This document shows positions 37,390 to 50,515 of a stretch of 64,000 nucleotides of DNA, piece by piece. The notes beneath the pieces were generated by a model. The model saw nothing but the letters and a program-made list of their open reading frames with translations, ran no database searches and had not been told where the DNA came from. Made by a program: the position numbers and the translations under genes. Position 1 is the stretch's first letter; each line of letters begins with the position of its first letter. Source of the DNA: Vicugna vicugna (taxonomy: Eukaryota); assembly GCA_013265495.1 (NCBI GenBank), contig MU057640.1:1683303-1747302 (forward strand). The letters run 5' to 3'.

Positions 37390-39366
37390 TATTTTTATTA
37401 ACTGAAGTCCATAGTTTATATTAGTGTTCTTTTTTTATGTTGTATAGTTCTATGAGTTTTGACAAATAGATAATGTCTTGTATTCACCACTATAATATCA
37501 TACAGAGTAGTTTCATCACCCTAAAAACCTACTGTGGTCTTCCTTCTCTTCCCTGCCTCCTTCCCTCCTTTCTCCCACCACCCCTCACTCTGGCAACCAC
37601 TGATCTTTTTAGTGTCTCTATTGTCTTGCATTTTCCAAAATGTTATATGGTTGAGATAATAGAATATGTATAGCATTTTCAGACCAGCTTCTTTCACTTA
37701 GCAATATGCATTTAAGTTTCCTCCATGTCTTTTCTTGGCTTAATAGCTCACTTCTTTTTAGTGCTGAATAATATTCCATTGTCTGGATATACCACAATTC
37801 GTTTATTCGTTCACCTGCTGAAGGATATCTTAGCTATTCTAGGTTTTAGAAATTATGAATAAAGCTGCTATAAACATTCGTGTGCAGGTTTTTGTAGGGA
37901 CACAAGTTTTCAACTCATTTATGTAAATATTGATTATGTAGTAGGACTATGTGTAGCTTTGTAAGAAACTAAACAGTCTTCTAAAGCAGTAATGAATGAG
38001 ATTTCCTGTTGCTCCACATCCTCACTAGCATTTGGAATTGCTACTGTTTTGGAATTTAGCCATTTCAATAGATGTGTAGTGGTGTCTCATTGTTGTTTTA
38101 ATTTGCAATTCCCTAATGATACATGATGTAGAGTATATTTTCGTGTTATTTGCCATCTATATTTATTCTTTGGTGAAGTGTTTGGTCAGGTCTTTTGTCC
38201 ACTTTTAATTGGGTTATTTATTTTATTGTTGAGTTTTAAGAGTTCTTTGTATATTTTGGATATAATCCCACAATATATGTGTTTTGCAAAGATTTTTCTC
38301 CAAGTCTATAGATTGCTTTTTCATTCTCCCAACAGCATCTTTCACAGAGCAGAAATTTTAAATTTTAATGAATTTCAACTTAACATTTTTTTCTTCCAGA
38401 GATGGCATTTTTTGGGTGTCATATCAAAAAGGTCATCACCAAACTCAAGCTCACTTGGATTTTTCTCCTATAGTATCTTCTAGAAGTGTTAAATTTTACA
38501 CTTAGGTCTATGATCCATTTTGAGTTAGCTTTGTGAAAGGTGTTAGGTCTGGATCTATGTTCATTTTTTCTTTTTTTTTGCATGTGGATGTGCAGTTGTG
38601 CTAGCATCATTTATTGAGAAAACTATCCTTTCTCCATTGAATTGCCTTTGGTCCTTTGTCAGAGATCAATTCACTATATTTAATGTGAGTCCATTTCTGG
38701 GCTCTCTATTTTGTCTCATTGATTTGTTTGTCCATTCTTTTATCAGTCCCATATTATCGTGATTACTGTAGCTCCATAGTAAGTGTGGAAGCTGAGTTAG
38801 GTCAGTCCTCTGATTTTGCTCTTCTTCTTTAGTGTTGGCTATTCTGGGTCTTTCATATAAGCTTTAGAATCAGCTTATTGATACCCACAAAATAATCTAC
38901 TGGAATTTTGACCGGGATTGTATTGAATCTACAGGTCAAGATGGGAAGAGTATACATCTTAACAGCGTCAAGTCTTCATATCCGTAAACATGAAATACCT
39001 CTCTGTTGTATTTAGATCTTTGATTATTTTATCAAGATTTTGCAGCTTTCCTCATATAGATCTTGTACACATTTTGTTATATTAGTACCTAAGTGTTTAA
39101 ATTTTTTGGTGCTAATGGAAATGGTGAAGTTTTTCTAATTCCAAATTCCAATTGTTCATTTCTACTATAAGGAAGCAACTGATTTTTGTATATTAATCTT
39201 ATGCCCTGCAACCTCGTTAGAATTGCTTATTAGTTCTAAGCCTCTGGGATTTTCTACATAGACAATCTAGTCATCTGAGAACAAAGACAGCTTTATGTCT
39301 TCCTTCCTCAATCCATGTAACTTTTATTTTCTTTACTTGTCTTATTGCATTAACTAGTACTTCCAA
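37390..39366 (-). mobile_element. L1MC-like element (3' UTR plus ORF2 remnant), antisense
   Basis: ctgaagtccatagtttatattag...catacagagtagtttcatcaccctaaaaa...cacttagcaatatgcatttaagtttcctccatgtc; continuous antisense ORF2-like sequence to ~39366. Confidence 0.9.
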
Positions 39367-39369
39367 AAT

Positions 39370-39530
39370 AAACACAGGATATTTCACATAAATATCTATA
39401 TTTCTGGCTTCTATTGAAAAAAATTAGAGAACTGGGCAAGCAGCCTATCTTGGAAGACTCTGGCTAGAGTTGAGATGGAACATCTGATTCTAGTTCACTG
39501 CAGTCCCCACCATTCCTGGTCACGACACTT
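39370..39530. mobile_element. LTR33-like fragment
   Basis: tttcacataaatatctatatttctggcttctattgaaaa...cagtccccaccattcc. Confidence 0.5.
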
Positions 39531-40486
39531 TGCTTCTTTGTGAAAAGTGGGTTAAAATTTGTTTAAAGGGAAAACATGTCAAGGTATACCATGATTTCAC
39601 AAAAATCACAGAACAATCTCCATGAGTATGTGATTTGGAAGAAAGCCAGAGCCTCCATAAACAGCTCCCTGCTTACATATGTGGAGATTTTTAAGACCTC
39701 CAAGTATCTCCTTGTGAATGTCAGTGGTCGCTATGGAGACAGGCCCCACTTCACGCCATGTCACCCTCAGCTGCCTCAGGCTCTCCCTTAGATCTTAAAA
39801 TCTGCTCTTGATCTACCCCTTTCCATGTTTCATGGCCATTTCCTGTTATACTTCCTGTCTCTGTCATTGTTCTTTCAGGGAGCACCTTGACATATTAGGC
39901 ATCCAGCAGGGGGTACCCATGTGGTTAGTGCTCTAAATCCACAGTGGTTGCCCTACAATACTGAGCTGACTTGGGAACTTATCACCATGATTACACCATT
40001 TCTGTCAGAACATGTGTTGGAATTCTAAACAAATAACTTGAGATAGAATACAGCTTGTCACAAAGTTGAGGCCACCTGCAGCCCAGTAAGGGCAGGAAGA
40101 CCATTTGGGCAAATAGATATCAGCTGCTTTGGTGCCAGCTTGGCCAAAGCTGGAGTTTGTGTGTAGAGCTACAGTATGTCACCGTGTGTGTGTGTTGCAC
40201 ATGCATGTAAGCATGCATGCACGCAGTGGAGGGGCAGGGAGGGAGGGAAGGAAGCATCATCGCAGTTCACTCAGTGTTAACAGATTTGAATATTTGACTT
40301 TTCAGAACTTTGGCCCTTAACAGCTTTAGGGGGTGTTACGCTTCCTTTGTCCTTTGTTGCTGACTGTCATCAGCTGCAGACAGGCAACCAGCTGCGAGAA
40401 TCTCCTTTTGAATTTCAGAAGAGTGTTACTTAGTTCACAGGGCAACAAAGCCAGGCACAGGCAGATTTATTCTCAAAGCTGTAAGC

Positions 40487-40688
40487 CAGTGATGCTCAAC
40501 CTAGATGCATATAAGAATCACTAAGGACCTTTACAACCTGCCAATGCCTGGCCCTATCTCAGACTAATTGAATCAGATTCTCCAGGGTGAGGCCCAGAAA
40601 ATCAGTGTGTATGCTTGTGTATGTGCGCGTGCACACACACATACACACGTGTGATTCGAATGTAAAAAATTGGGTTGCACTGCTCTAC
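40487..40688. mobile_element. MER5-like MITE with internal TG/CA tract
   Basis: cagtgatgctcaacct...agaatcact...cagactaattgaatcagattctccagggtgaggcccag. Confidence 0.75.
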
Positions 40689-42325
40689 AGTTGAGACGCC
40701 CAAGCTTGTACCCCTTCAGATGTGATTCAAAGACCTAATAATCTTATCTGAACAGGATCCTATGCCCACCCCTGCAGAGGAGGCTGCTTACAGACACTTT
40801 TCTTTTGTGACATGACAGGCACCTGATACTTTAGAAGGGAACTGGATCTCCCTTTTAATAAACAATGTTCTCTCTTTCAAGGGAAGAGGAAAAGGCAGAA
40901 TCAACATTCACCAAGATAATTGAAGCAAATAACGCCAGACACAGATGACAGAAAGTTCCTCCACATATCCATTAAATCAAGGCAACTGCTGCTTTTACAA
41001 GAAACATAATTTGTACCAAATCTTCCCCTCGTTGGAATTATCTATAAATTTCTAAATTAACTTGCAGCTGCTGAGACATTTCTTATTGTTATGAGAACAT
41101 CTTCTTCCCCTGTCTCCCTCCTCCCCCAGTGTGCTTCTTAAAAATTTTCTTTTGCTAAAAGTTGGGGGAGCTGGAGGAGAGGAAGGCTTTTATGTGTTTA
41201 TTTTAAAGGCAACACATAAAATCTTATCAAAACAAGACCCAATTAAAAATACTTTCTGGCTCATTTTGCAGTTGAGTAAAGGGTGAGCAGGGGAGGGATT
41301 CAGACGTTAGTTCCCTTGGAACAGAATTGGTGAGTATCTGGCATACTTGTGTGATGATTCATGCCACCAGAAGAGTGTAATTTGTGGAATACATAACCAG
41401 GAACTAGCGCCCAAGGTGGTAAATAATCAAAACTGGAGGCCATATCAGTAACAGTCTCAAGGCAAACTAGAGTGTGGAAAACTGCAGTGCTTTAGAAACT
41501 AAGCTGGTCTTCTTCTGGGTTAGGGAAATGTGCTCCACCCTTCAAAAGTAAGGAAGTGTGATTGGCTGTGCTGATTTATCCCACCTGAATCCATAGGTGG
41601 GGGGCACAGAGTAACAGCTTTATGGTAAGAGAAGATGAGGAAGGCAAATATCTGAGGCGGGGGGAGAAATGGAGAAAAGTGAAGTAGGGGTCAGGACAGG
41701 AGGTACGAGAAGGGGGTACCTTTAAATGTCCATCCTCATCAGATCCCATTTGTAATTCATTTACCCTCACTGATATTGACTTATCTCTGAGCTTAAAGAA
41801 ATGTGCCTAGACTACAGAAGTCTGGCTCTTGAATTTAGAATGGAATAGTGACCTGTCATCACTCGTTGGTCATTGATGAGTCCAGAAGAGAGAGTGTGGC
41901 GCGATTGAATGGTCGGCTGGAATCACTATCACTACAGGAAAAACCATTCAAGATGCACGTACTATTGATGCTGTCACCACAGCAGAAGACAGATGGCCTT
42001 CCTTGTGGTTATTACCAAAGCTTCTGTCAGACTTGTTTATCAAATGTCTGGCTACACTGACAGGTCAGTTTAGTTAGAGGGGAGGAACTTGTTTGGCACA
42101 TAGAGACAGTCTGAGGGGGGCCACAATGCATTTACTTGGGCAGGAAGGTCACACAACTATTTTAAACACACTTTTCACAATGCTTCTCAAATAGCTGAAA
42201 TTCAGTAGTACTAATTTTCCTTTAGCATGCCTTGATCTGTGCATGAGAGATGTGAGCAGCAGGAAGGTCAGGAGCCATGGTCCCTAACACACAGTCCGGG
42301 GCACCAAGCTTGTTTCTTATATGCC

Positions 42326-43362
42326 ACTATGAACAATTATACATCAACAAACTGGATAACTAGAAGAAATGGATAAATTCCTAGAAACATAAAACCTACC
42401 AAGACTGAATCATGAAAAGACAGAAAATCTGAACAGACCAATAATGACTAAAGGTACTGAAGCTGTAATCTAAACCTCCCAACAAAGAAAAACCCAGTAC
42501 TAGATGGTTTTATCAGTGAATTCTACCAGACAATTAAAGAAGAATTAATGTCAACCCTTCTCAAATTCCTCCAAAAAAATTGAAGAGGAGAGAACACTCC
42601 TAATTCATTTTATGAGGCCATCATTATCCTTATACCAAAGCCAGATAAGGACACTATAAGTAAAAAAAACTATAGGTCAATATCCTTGATGAATATAGAT
42701 GCAAAAATTCTCAACAAAATTCTAGCAAACTGAACTCAATAGCACATTAAAAGGCTCATGTACCATGATCAAGTGGGATTTATCCAAGGGATGCAGGTTT
42801 TGTTCAACATACGTAAATCAATAAATCAATAACATTAATCGAAAGAAGGGTAAAAATCATAAGATCCTCTCAATAGATGCAGAAAAAGCACTTGACAAAA
42901 TTCAACACCCTTTCATGATAAAAGCTCTCAACAAATGAGGTATAGAATTAACAACCCTCAACATAATAAAGGCCAGATATGAAAAATCTACAGCTAATAT
43001 TATACTTAATTGTGAAAAGCTGAAAGCTTCTCCTCTAATCAGGAACAAGACAAAGGTGACGAGTCTCATCACCACTTTTCAACATAGTACTGGAAGTCCC
43101 AGCCAAAGCAATCAGAGAAGAAAAAGAAATAAAAGGCATCCAAACTGGAAAGGATGCAGTAAAATTATCTGTATATTTGCAGATGACATGATTTTACATA
43201 TAGAAATCCCTAAAGACTCCACCAAAAAACTGTGAACTAATAAGTGAATTCAGTAAGCTGCAGGATACAATATCAACATACAAAAATCAGTTTCACTTCT
43301 GTACATTGATAGTGAAATATCTGAAAAAGAAATAAAGAAAACAATCCTATTCACAGTGGCAT
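42326..43362 (+). mobile_element. internal L1 ORF2 fragment (region preceding and including the RT domain), no 3' end
   Basis: agaagaaatggataaattcctagaaaca...ccatgatcaagtgggatttatc...tttgcagatgacatgatt (FADDM motif). Confidence 0.92.
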
Positions 43363-43479
43363 TAGGGGAAGGCCTCACAGAAGGAATCTTTCTCAGTCTC
43401 AGCCAGTCTTCATCTAGTCTCCCTTTGCCAAAAGATGGCTTTGGGCAATTACACGGGAGTGTAATGCAACTGTGATTGA

Positions 43480-44482
43480 AAAGATGTGAGGGAAAGTTGT
43501 GAGAGGCACTTCTAGGAAGGGATTCCTTGCTCTTAAGAAGTTACACAAGTGAGGGACTTCTTTTTTCCCCTTTCTTGACCATTATTATCTACATGGATGC
43601 CTAAAACTGCAGAAGCCATGAGGAGAGCCGTCCTAAGAGGACCCCATTTTGAAGGTGTGAGAGGGAAAGATGAAAAGAATTGGGTTCTTGCAAAGGCATG
43701 GGGACCCTGATTAGAGGATTGTGGAATTGCCCTACCTCACCTTCCTTCTTGTTTTATGAGATAATAAATGTTTCTTATGGTTCAGACTTCTTTCTGCTGG
43801 GTCTTCTGTTACTGGATACAGATAGTGTAGGGGGTCTCTGGAAAAAGAGAACCAGGTATCGCTTTCTTGACTTAAGAGAGGCCATTTTAGGCTGAAGCTG
43901 TTCTGTGATCTAAGCCTGGCCATGATGCTTGCCCTAGAGCAGGCCTCAGGGATTAATGATCTTAAGGGAACACAGGAATGAGAAGCATTCAAGAAACAAT
44001 AGCTCGACAATGAAACAGGAGTTCTAATTCTTCTTCAAGAAATATACATAACAATCGGATACAGATCTTTGTGTTATTCTGCAGGAACTAAAACCCCCAC
44101 CCAGGTGGAGGATGGTAACTACATGCTGAGAGTCCAGACTGGTCAGAACCTAAGGAATGATGAAGTGGATCTTTTCTGACTGTCAAGACTTCAATCAACT
44201 AACGCTTATTCTCTGTCAACCTTTCCCTCAATTCTATGCTGAAGTCGCCTCTGCTCAAGCCCCTTCATGAATATGCATGTACCCTTAGTTTAAAACTTCC
44301 CCAGTTTTGCTGTTTGGGGAGACACTGCTTTGGGAAAGACCCTAGTGTTTAGGAAAGATCCCTCCTTACTTGCTGCAAGTAATAAATCCTTCCTTCTGCT
44401 CTTTGGCTTGGTTGTGTCTTTTGGCTCAACACCCACCAAAAGGCAAACCCAGTTTTCAGGTAACATTACTTGTAGCCCAAAT
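43480..44482 (+). mobile_element. MLT1J/K-like LTR interrupted near its end by an ERV1-like LTR
   Basis: cttctaggaagggattccttgctcttaa...atgagataataaatgtttctta...ttctgttac [insert] ttacttgtagcccaaa. Confidence 0.65.
43813..44465 (+). mobile_element. ERV1-like solo LTR (653 bp)
   Basis: TG...CA termini; 4-bp TSD TTAC at 43809-43812 and 44466-44469; AATAAA at 44381-44386. Confidence 0.85.
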
Positions 44483-47400
44483 AAAATGAACATATTACAC
44501 ATAGATTGTGGTTCTGATACTAATTTCTAATATTTAAGGGGATTGTCTAAAGGAAGTAATTTTGTCCTGATTCTGTTTAGATCCTCTTATTCCAATGTCT
44601 TTGTCCAAACCTCTGTGTGGTTCCTTTAAATGGTCACCCCAGCCATAGGTCAAGCATTATATAAAAGAGCTCTGGAAACTTCAGGTGCGCTATCTTTTCT
44701 GAATCTGCTGCCTTAACCATTCTCTTCCCTTGATTCTCCCAGCTTTTGACTTCTTCTCCAGACTCCAGTATTCAACTTCCCCTGGTCCTCAGGCTAGACT
44801 GGGAGTCCTGCCTTCTTTATGACAGCTTAGACTTTCCACTGGTTAGACTGGGGGTCTCCCTGAAAACACACAGCCTCAGCAGGACGTAGGTAAATGTCCC
44901 TGTGATTTCCCCTTTCCTCTCAGAGCTCACCTGGGTCATCTCAGGGTTTTGCTTCTCATCCTTTTTGATTTGAGTTTCTATTCTGGTTTCTACTGCTACC
45001 ATGTCTGCTTCCTCAGACCAGAGGTTTCAGCGAATTGCTGCAACTCATCAGTCTGTCTGAACTGGCTCAACGTCCCCTCTGTGAAGTCTGAGTTGCCTTC
45101 AACTCTATTTCCACAGAGGGTTGCTTCTCTTCAATGTGCACTTTATGGAAAAAGCCGGCTGCAGCTGCTACCTGGGAAGAGCTCTCCCGCTGAGCAGCTA
45201 TGTGTTGTTACCTCTGCCCCTTCTCTGACAGCCAGAAACTGCACTCTTGCTATGACTGTGTTTGAGAGAAAGGGAAGCCCTCGCAGATGGGATGCAATTC
45301 TATCTGATGCTCCCAACCCTCTCCTCATTCTCAGGTTTAGCAACCAGGGCTTTTCCTGTTCAGTTTTTCAGGCCAACAATATGGGAGCTACATTAGGAGG
45401 TGAGAGGTATGCAAAAATGCACAAAAAGTTCCCTGCCCTTGCTTTAGTAGGAGATGCCCGCCTACCTCGAAGGTCCCTTCCAGCTCTTAAATTCCATGCT
45501 TTCAAATAAGATAGTAAAATATTCAGCTTTATGGATGGCTAACAGATTCTTGGACCAAAGCATGAGCCACCCCCAACATGCCTAACTGGGTAACAATGCA
45601 AAGTACCAAGGTATAACATGTGCAACGCATTGTCTCCTTTTTAAAAAACTCATTTTATGAAACCCCTTAATTGAATTAAACTTCCTGTGGCATAAAACCA
45701 AACAGAATTACACTGATGCTAAAAATGTAAATGTATCCCAGATACTGCTGAATGATGTGTTCACGGGAACATTCAAGCCTGAAGACTTGGGTGCACACAC
45801 TGATAATAAAGCAGAGCCCCAAGATCAGGCATGTGGAAGATAAACATTTATGGGGAACGTTTTTAATTCCCTGCTTTCTTCAGATTGTAAAACGAGTTTT
45901 CATCTTGGAATCCTAGAATGTCGGACCTCTAAGAGATCAATGGTTGTTCTCCAAGTGGTAAAAAGGATGTCTGGAAGGGTGAAGAGATACACTCAAGGGC
46001 ATTCAAAGTACAGACAGAGCCAGGGCCAGGTTCAGTTCCTCACACCTGCATGAAGCTGCTACATGGTGTCTGTCACTGCTCTGGACATTGGGATCCAGAG
46101 GTAAGGAATAACCACTGCCCTGGATATAGCTCCCAGGGTTCAGATGTCCGGATCAGCCCCTGTTCCACTTTCTCCCTCATTTTGAATAGACTCCTTGAGA
46201 AATAGGAAACTCTATATTTAGCTGCATATGCCTAAGAGAGTAGGAAAAAATAAAGGAATTATTTCCCCATCTCCCTAGTCTTGAGCCCTACTCCCTAAGC
46301 AGAGTCCTACGCTGAGGTGCAGAGAGTCAATTAGCTCTGCCTTCTTCAGCTTTGTCTTCATTTCTCTCATTCCACTGCAGAAGCTCATTTCTTACTATTC
46401 ATTTATAACCTCTCCGGGGACAGCCCCAGCCCAGTGACATTTCAGTTCTTCACGGTCTCCCTGTTTGGTGGCAGGTGAGGGAACATCCTTTGGAGAATGG
46501 ATGTACAAAACACTAACCTTCCTTTTTTTTTTTAAAGGGCGTAGTCAGCCCACCAAAGAGGAAAAGTGCCGTGAGATGACGCTCCACCAGCGTGGAGATG
46601 CTGGCTCTGATCTTGGGGTCTGGGATCTCTCCTCGTGCTGTTGCCAGGCAGACTTGTTACTGACACACATTTCCTCCCCATAAGTTGAGTTCCTCCCCCT
46701 CCCAACTTCATTATGCCCGCAGCCGGAGCTCGGCTGCAGAGGGAGCCATGCCAGACACTCTGATTCACGCTCCTAAAATATCAGCTGGCCTGGGTATGCG
46801 AGTGATGCGATAAATCTGGAAAACATAAATCAGATCGTCGGGTGCTGTATCTGTTCATGCACATAGGCTGCAGCAGGCACGGTGACCTGCCTGTCAAGTT
46901 TTGGGGGGCTAGAGCAAGGAGGAGGTTAGAGGACCTGGGAAAGGAGAGCGAGGAGGGCAGGAGCTGACATTTAGAAGAGGCCTTAAGACTGCTGACATCC
47001 ATCCCAGACACCAGATGTGAAATGGGGTGGAGCTCAGGCTCGGAGATTGTCAGGAAGGCTGGAAAAGGATGCCTCGGCAGTGGCCCCAAGATCAGCATAT
47101 CTCCCAATGTAAAGAGCTTGTCAATTCCCTGAGTGTGGACATCAGAGGGAAGGTTGGCTTCAGTCTTACTAGGAACCCAGTTAAGATGGATAATCAAATA
47201 TAGAGAATCAGAAGGTTGAAAGCTTCCTTAAAGAGCTCTCTAGAAAAAAGCCAACCAACAAGGCCCTTCCTTCAGCAAACAAAGGAAAGTGCTTCCACTG
47301 AGCCACTTGATTGTTCCAAAGCCCAGAAAAGAAGGGCCTTATCCATTTAGCAGAGTTCAGGCCATGTGATCCCCTGGTTTCTTGAGCTGGGCCTGGGGAC

Positions 47401-49614
47401 AGCTGGCTTCTCACAAATGACGGTGTTCCTCTGAGTCAAGGCATGCCAGGATTCCTAGTTCAAAGGTAGTTTGAGAATTGTAGGAAAGTTAGGAGGGTCC
47501 TTACCCCAGATTCCCAACCCTCAGTCATTGCTTTGCTGGGCTTAGGTCCTGCTACATCAGTGTCACTCTGCCCTAAAATCAGATCAGATTCACTGGGGCT
47601 CCGCGCCTGGAGATGCAGGAGAGTGACTTGGAGTAGACAGGTGGCAGACGTGGGATGAGGTGGGAGGTGTCAACTAGGAGCAGCAGTGAATGGCAATGAA
47701 AGGAAATGAAGCAGCATCAGTGGCCCACCCAAAAGTGGCCAAGAGTTACTACTGGGGAAGCCAAGAAAGACCCATGAACAGACTAACAGGTGGTAGGGCC
47801 AATGGCTCCTCCTGACATCATGGTATTAGATGAGTGAGCCCAGATCGTCTGTCACCAGGTATTTAGGCAAGAGACAACATCAGTGTGCAATGAGATATTG
47901 AGAAATTAATCACTTATCTTTTGTGCTACTCTGACCAAACAGAAAAAACAATGGAAAGATAATTTCTCCCTTTCCCTTCCAGGAAAGGCAGCCAGGAATT
48001 CGAGTTCCCAGACCTGGGCGTCCTGACCCCAGGCAGGGAATTTCCAGCTCTTGGTGAGTCAGGCCCACCTGGGGAATTAAGGAGGCTTCTAAGAAGGGGA
48101 GAGGGGAGAGGTTTATGTGCTCTTTGGGTAACAGCATGTCAAGGTCTAACCCCGGAGGTGGTTGGATCCTGAGAACTTGGAAAATGAGACAAGAGGGGTT
48201 TGTAGGATTCTCCACATGGACTGCCCCCTGCACTTTGTGCCCCAGCCAAGATGAGAGATGGCTGTGGATGGGCATGGGTCCTGGACACTCTTGTGGCCTT
48301 GGGAGCAGGGTTCCAGCTCCTCTTAGGGGAGCCTGGAGAGGCAGAGAGGAGCCATGAGGGCCATCTTTGTGGTTGCCTGAAACAGAAATGCCCCACAGAA
48401 GGCAGGGACCAGCACACGGCAGAGACTTCAAAGAGCAGAAACAGCTGCAGTGACAAGAGTGACACACATCGACTGACAATAAGCAAGTGACTGAGTTGAC
48501 CTTGACAATCTTCCAGATCCAAGTCATAGAATTCTATATGCCCTTTTGTCTCCTTTTCGCAAGCTGACTCCTCCTCATCCCACAACTCACGGTGACTGAC
48601 AAGGCACCTGCGTGTTTCCAGTTTCCAGGCATGAGGTTCTGCCCTCTCCCTGGGTCAAGGCAATGGCTGTCCAGCTGTGCACCATTTGCATGCCATCATA
48701 CCAGGATAAGGCCATGCATATGGGTACTGAGGGGGAGACGTGCTGCAGATTGGCCAAGTCCAAGGTGCCGACAAGAAACATTACATAAGCATTTGCGTTT
48801 AGTGAAAAGAACGTCTACTCCTTTCCTTGTCAGACTGCAAAACCAACAGCTGCACATAATCAGGCACCAGCATGTGGGGATCCATTCCCCTTGCTTGCAC
48901 AGGAAGCTCTGCTGTGCTCCACACCTCCCTAGAATCATGCCACGGAGCCAGCCAAGGTCTCGGCCCTGGCCCTGACACATGGCTGGCTTGGACTTTGCTT
49001 TCTGAGTTCAGCCCATATCCTCGGTCATCTCCCCAGTAAAGACAACATTGCCACATCCAGGCCCGAGCTTGGCTTCTGCCAGCACTCAGCCAGGCCTGCT
49101 CAGAGTCCAGAATGCCCTAAGACTGGGTCCACTGACCTCCTCCTGCCCCAGTGCTGTCTCTCCATCTTTATCTCACGGTCCAAAGTGCCCGCCGTGTTCA
49201 CCACTTCTTCTCCGTTAGTAAATTCCTAAGGGTTCCTTAAGGTCCAGTTTTAACACCTCTTTCTCTGGGAAGCCTCCCTAACCACTCAGGCAGGATTCAC
49301 TGCTTGTACCTCTCCCCTCGGCCCACTATTGCACTGCCCTGGGGATTGTAGTTAATTGCTTATCTGTCTTTCCCACATATTAGCTAGCAAATCCTTGGAG
49401 AAGAGAGGTCATATCTTATTAATCCCTGAGCCTTATGTAATATGGGTATAATAAGTATTGCTTCTTCCATCTTTTACAAATTCATTTTAAAAGACATACT
49501 GTGTAGGTGGAAAGCCCAAACTAGGGAACTATCTGATTTTCAAAAGAGATCACAAGCTATCCAAATCAAAAATTCTTGTAAAGTTGCCTATGGAAAGACA
49601 AATTTCTTTCTTTC

Positions 49615-50515
49615 TTCAAATTATGGGAAAATGAACATAACATAAAAATTACCATTGTAACCATTTTTAAGCGTACAGTTCAGTGGCACTAAGTATATTT
49701 GCACTGTTGTGCAATCATCACCCCCATCCATCTCCAGAACGTTTTCACCTTTCCCCAACTAAAACTCTATACCCATTAAGCACTCACTCCCTTTCTCCCC
49801 TCCCCCAGCCCCTGGCGACCATCATGTTACTTTCTGTCTCTGTGAATTTGTCTGCTCCAGGTACCACATACAAATTGCATTGTACAATATTCGTCTTTTC
49901 GTGACTGCCTTATTCCATTTGGCATAATGTCCTCAGGGTTCATCCCTGTGCATGTGTCTGAATTTCCTTCCTTTTAAAGCTGAATAATATTTCATCCTAT
50001 GTATATGCTATATTTATTTTTCATTTGCTTTTTAAAATACATTTTAAAATTTTATTTATTTTAATGGAGGTACTAGGGGTTGAACCCAGGACTTCATGCA
50101 TGTTAAGCATACGCTCTACCCCTGAGCTATATCCACCCCCACCATTTCTTCATTCGCTGATGGACATTTGAGTTGCTTTCATTTTCTGGCCATTTGTGAA
50201 TAATGCTGCTATGAACATAAGTATACAATGGTCTCTTCAAGATCCTGCTTTCAGTTCTTTGAGGTATAAACACAGAAGTGGGATTGCTGGATCATATGGT
50301 AACACTACATGTAATTTTCTGAGAAACCACCAGACTGTTTTCCACAGTGGCAGCCCCATTTTACACTCCCAGCAACATGCACAAGAGGTCTAATTTCTCT
50401 GAATCCCTGTCAACTGTTCCTTTTCTTTTCCTGTAATAGCCATCCCAATGGGTGTGAAGCAGTATCTCATTATGGTTTTGATTTGCATTCCCCTACTGAT
50501 AAGTAAAATTGAGCA
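49615..50515 (-). mobile_element. L1MB-like 3' end, antisense
   Basis: cataacataaaaattaccattgtaaccatttttaagcgtacagttcagtggcactaagt...gggattgctggatcatatggtaa. Confidence 0.9.
50015..50140 (-). mobile_element. tRNA-derived SINE (vic-1-like) within L1MB
   Basis: atggaggtactaggggttgaacccaggacttcatgcatgttaagcatacgctctacccctgagctata. Confidence 0.9.

Noticed and set aside
44949..45509. 186-aa + strand ORF
   Set aside because: TTG start, no family resemblance and no convincing exon boundaries.
47910..48527. Longest ORF in the track (205 aa, minus strand) and the overlapping ORFs at 48.1-49.0 kb
   Set aside because: No recognisable domain. ORFs overlap on both strands in GC-richer DNA, the composition is Cys/Pro/Leu/Ser-rich, and the start is not ATG. 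Consistent with chance.
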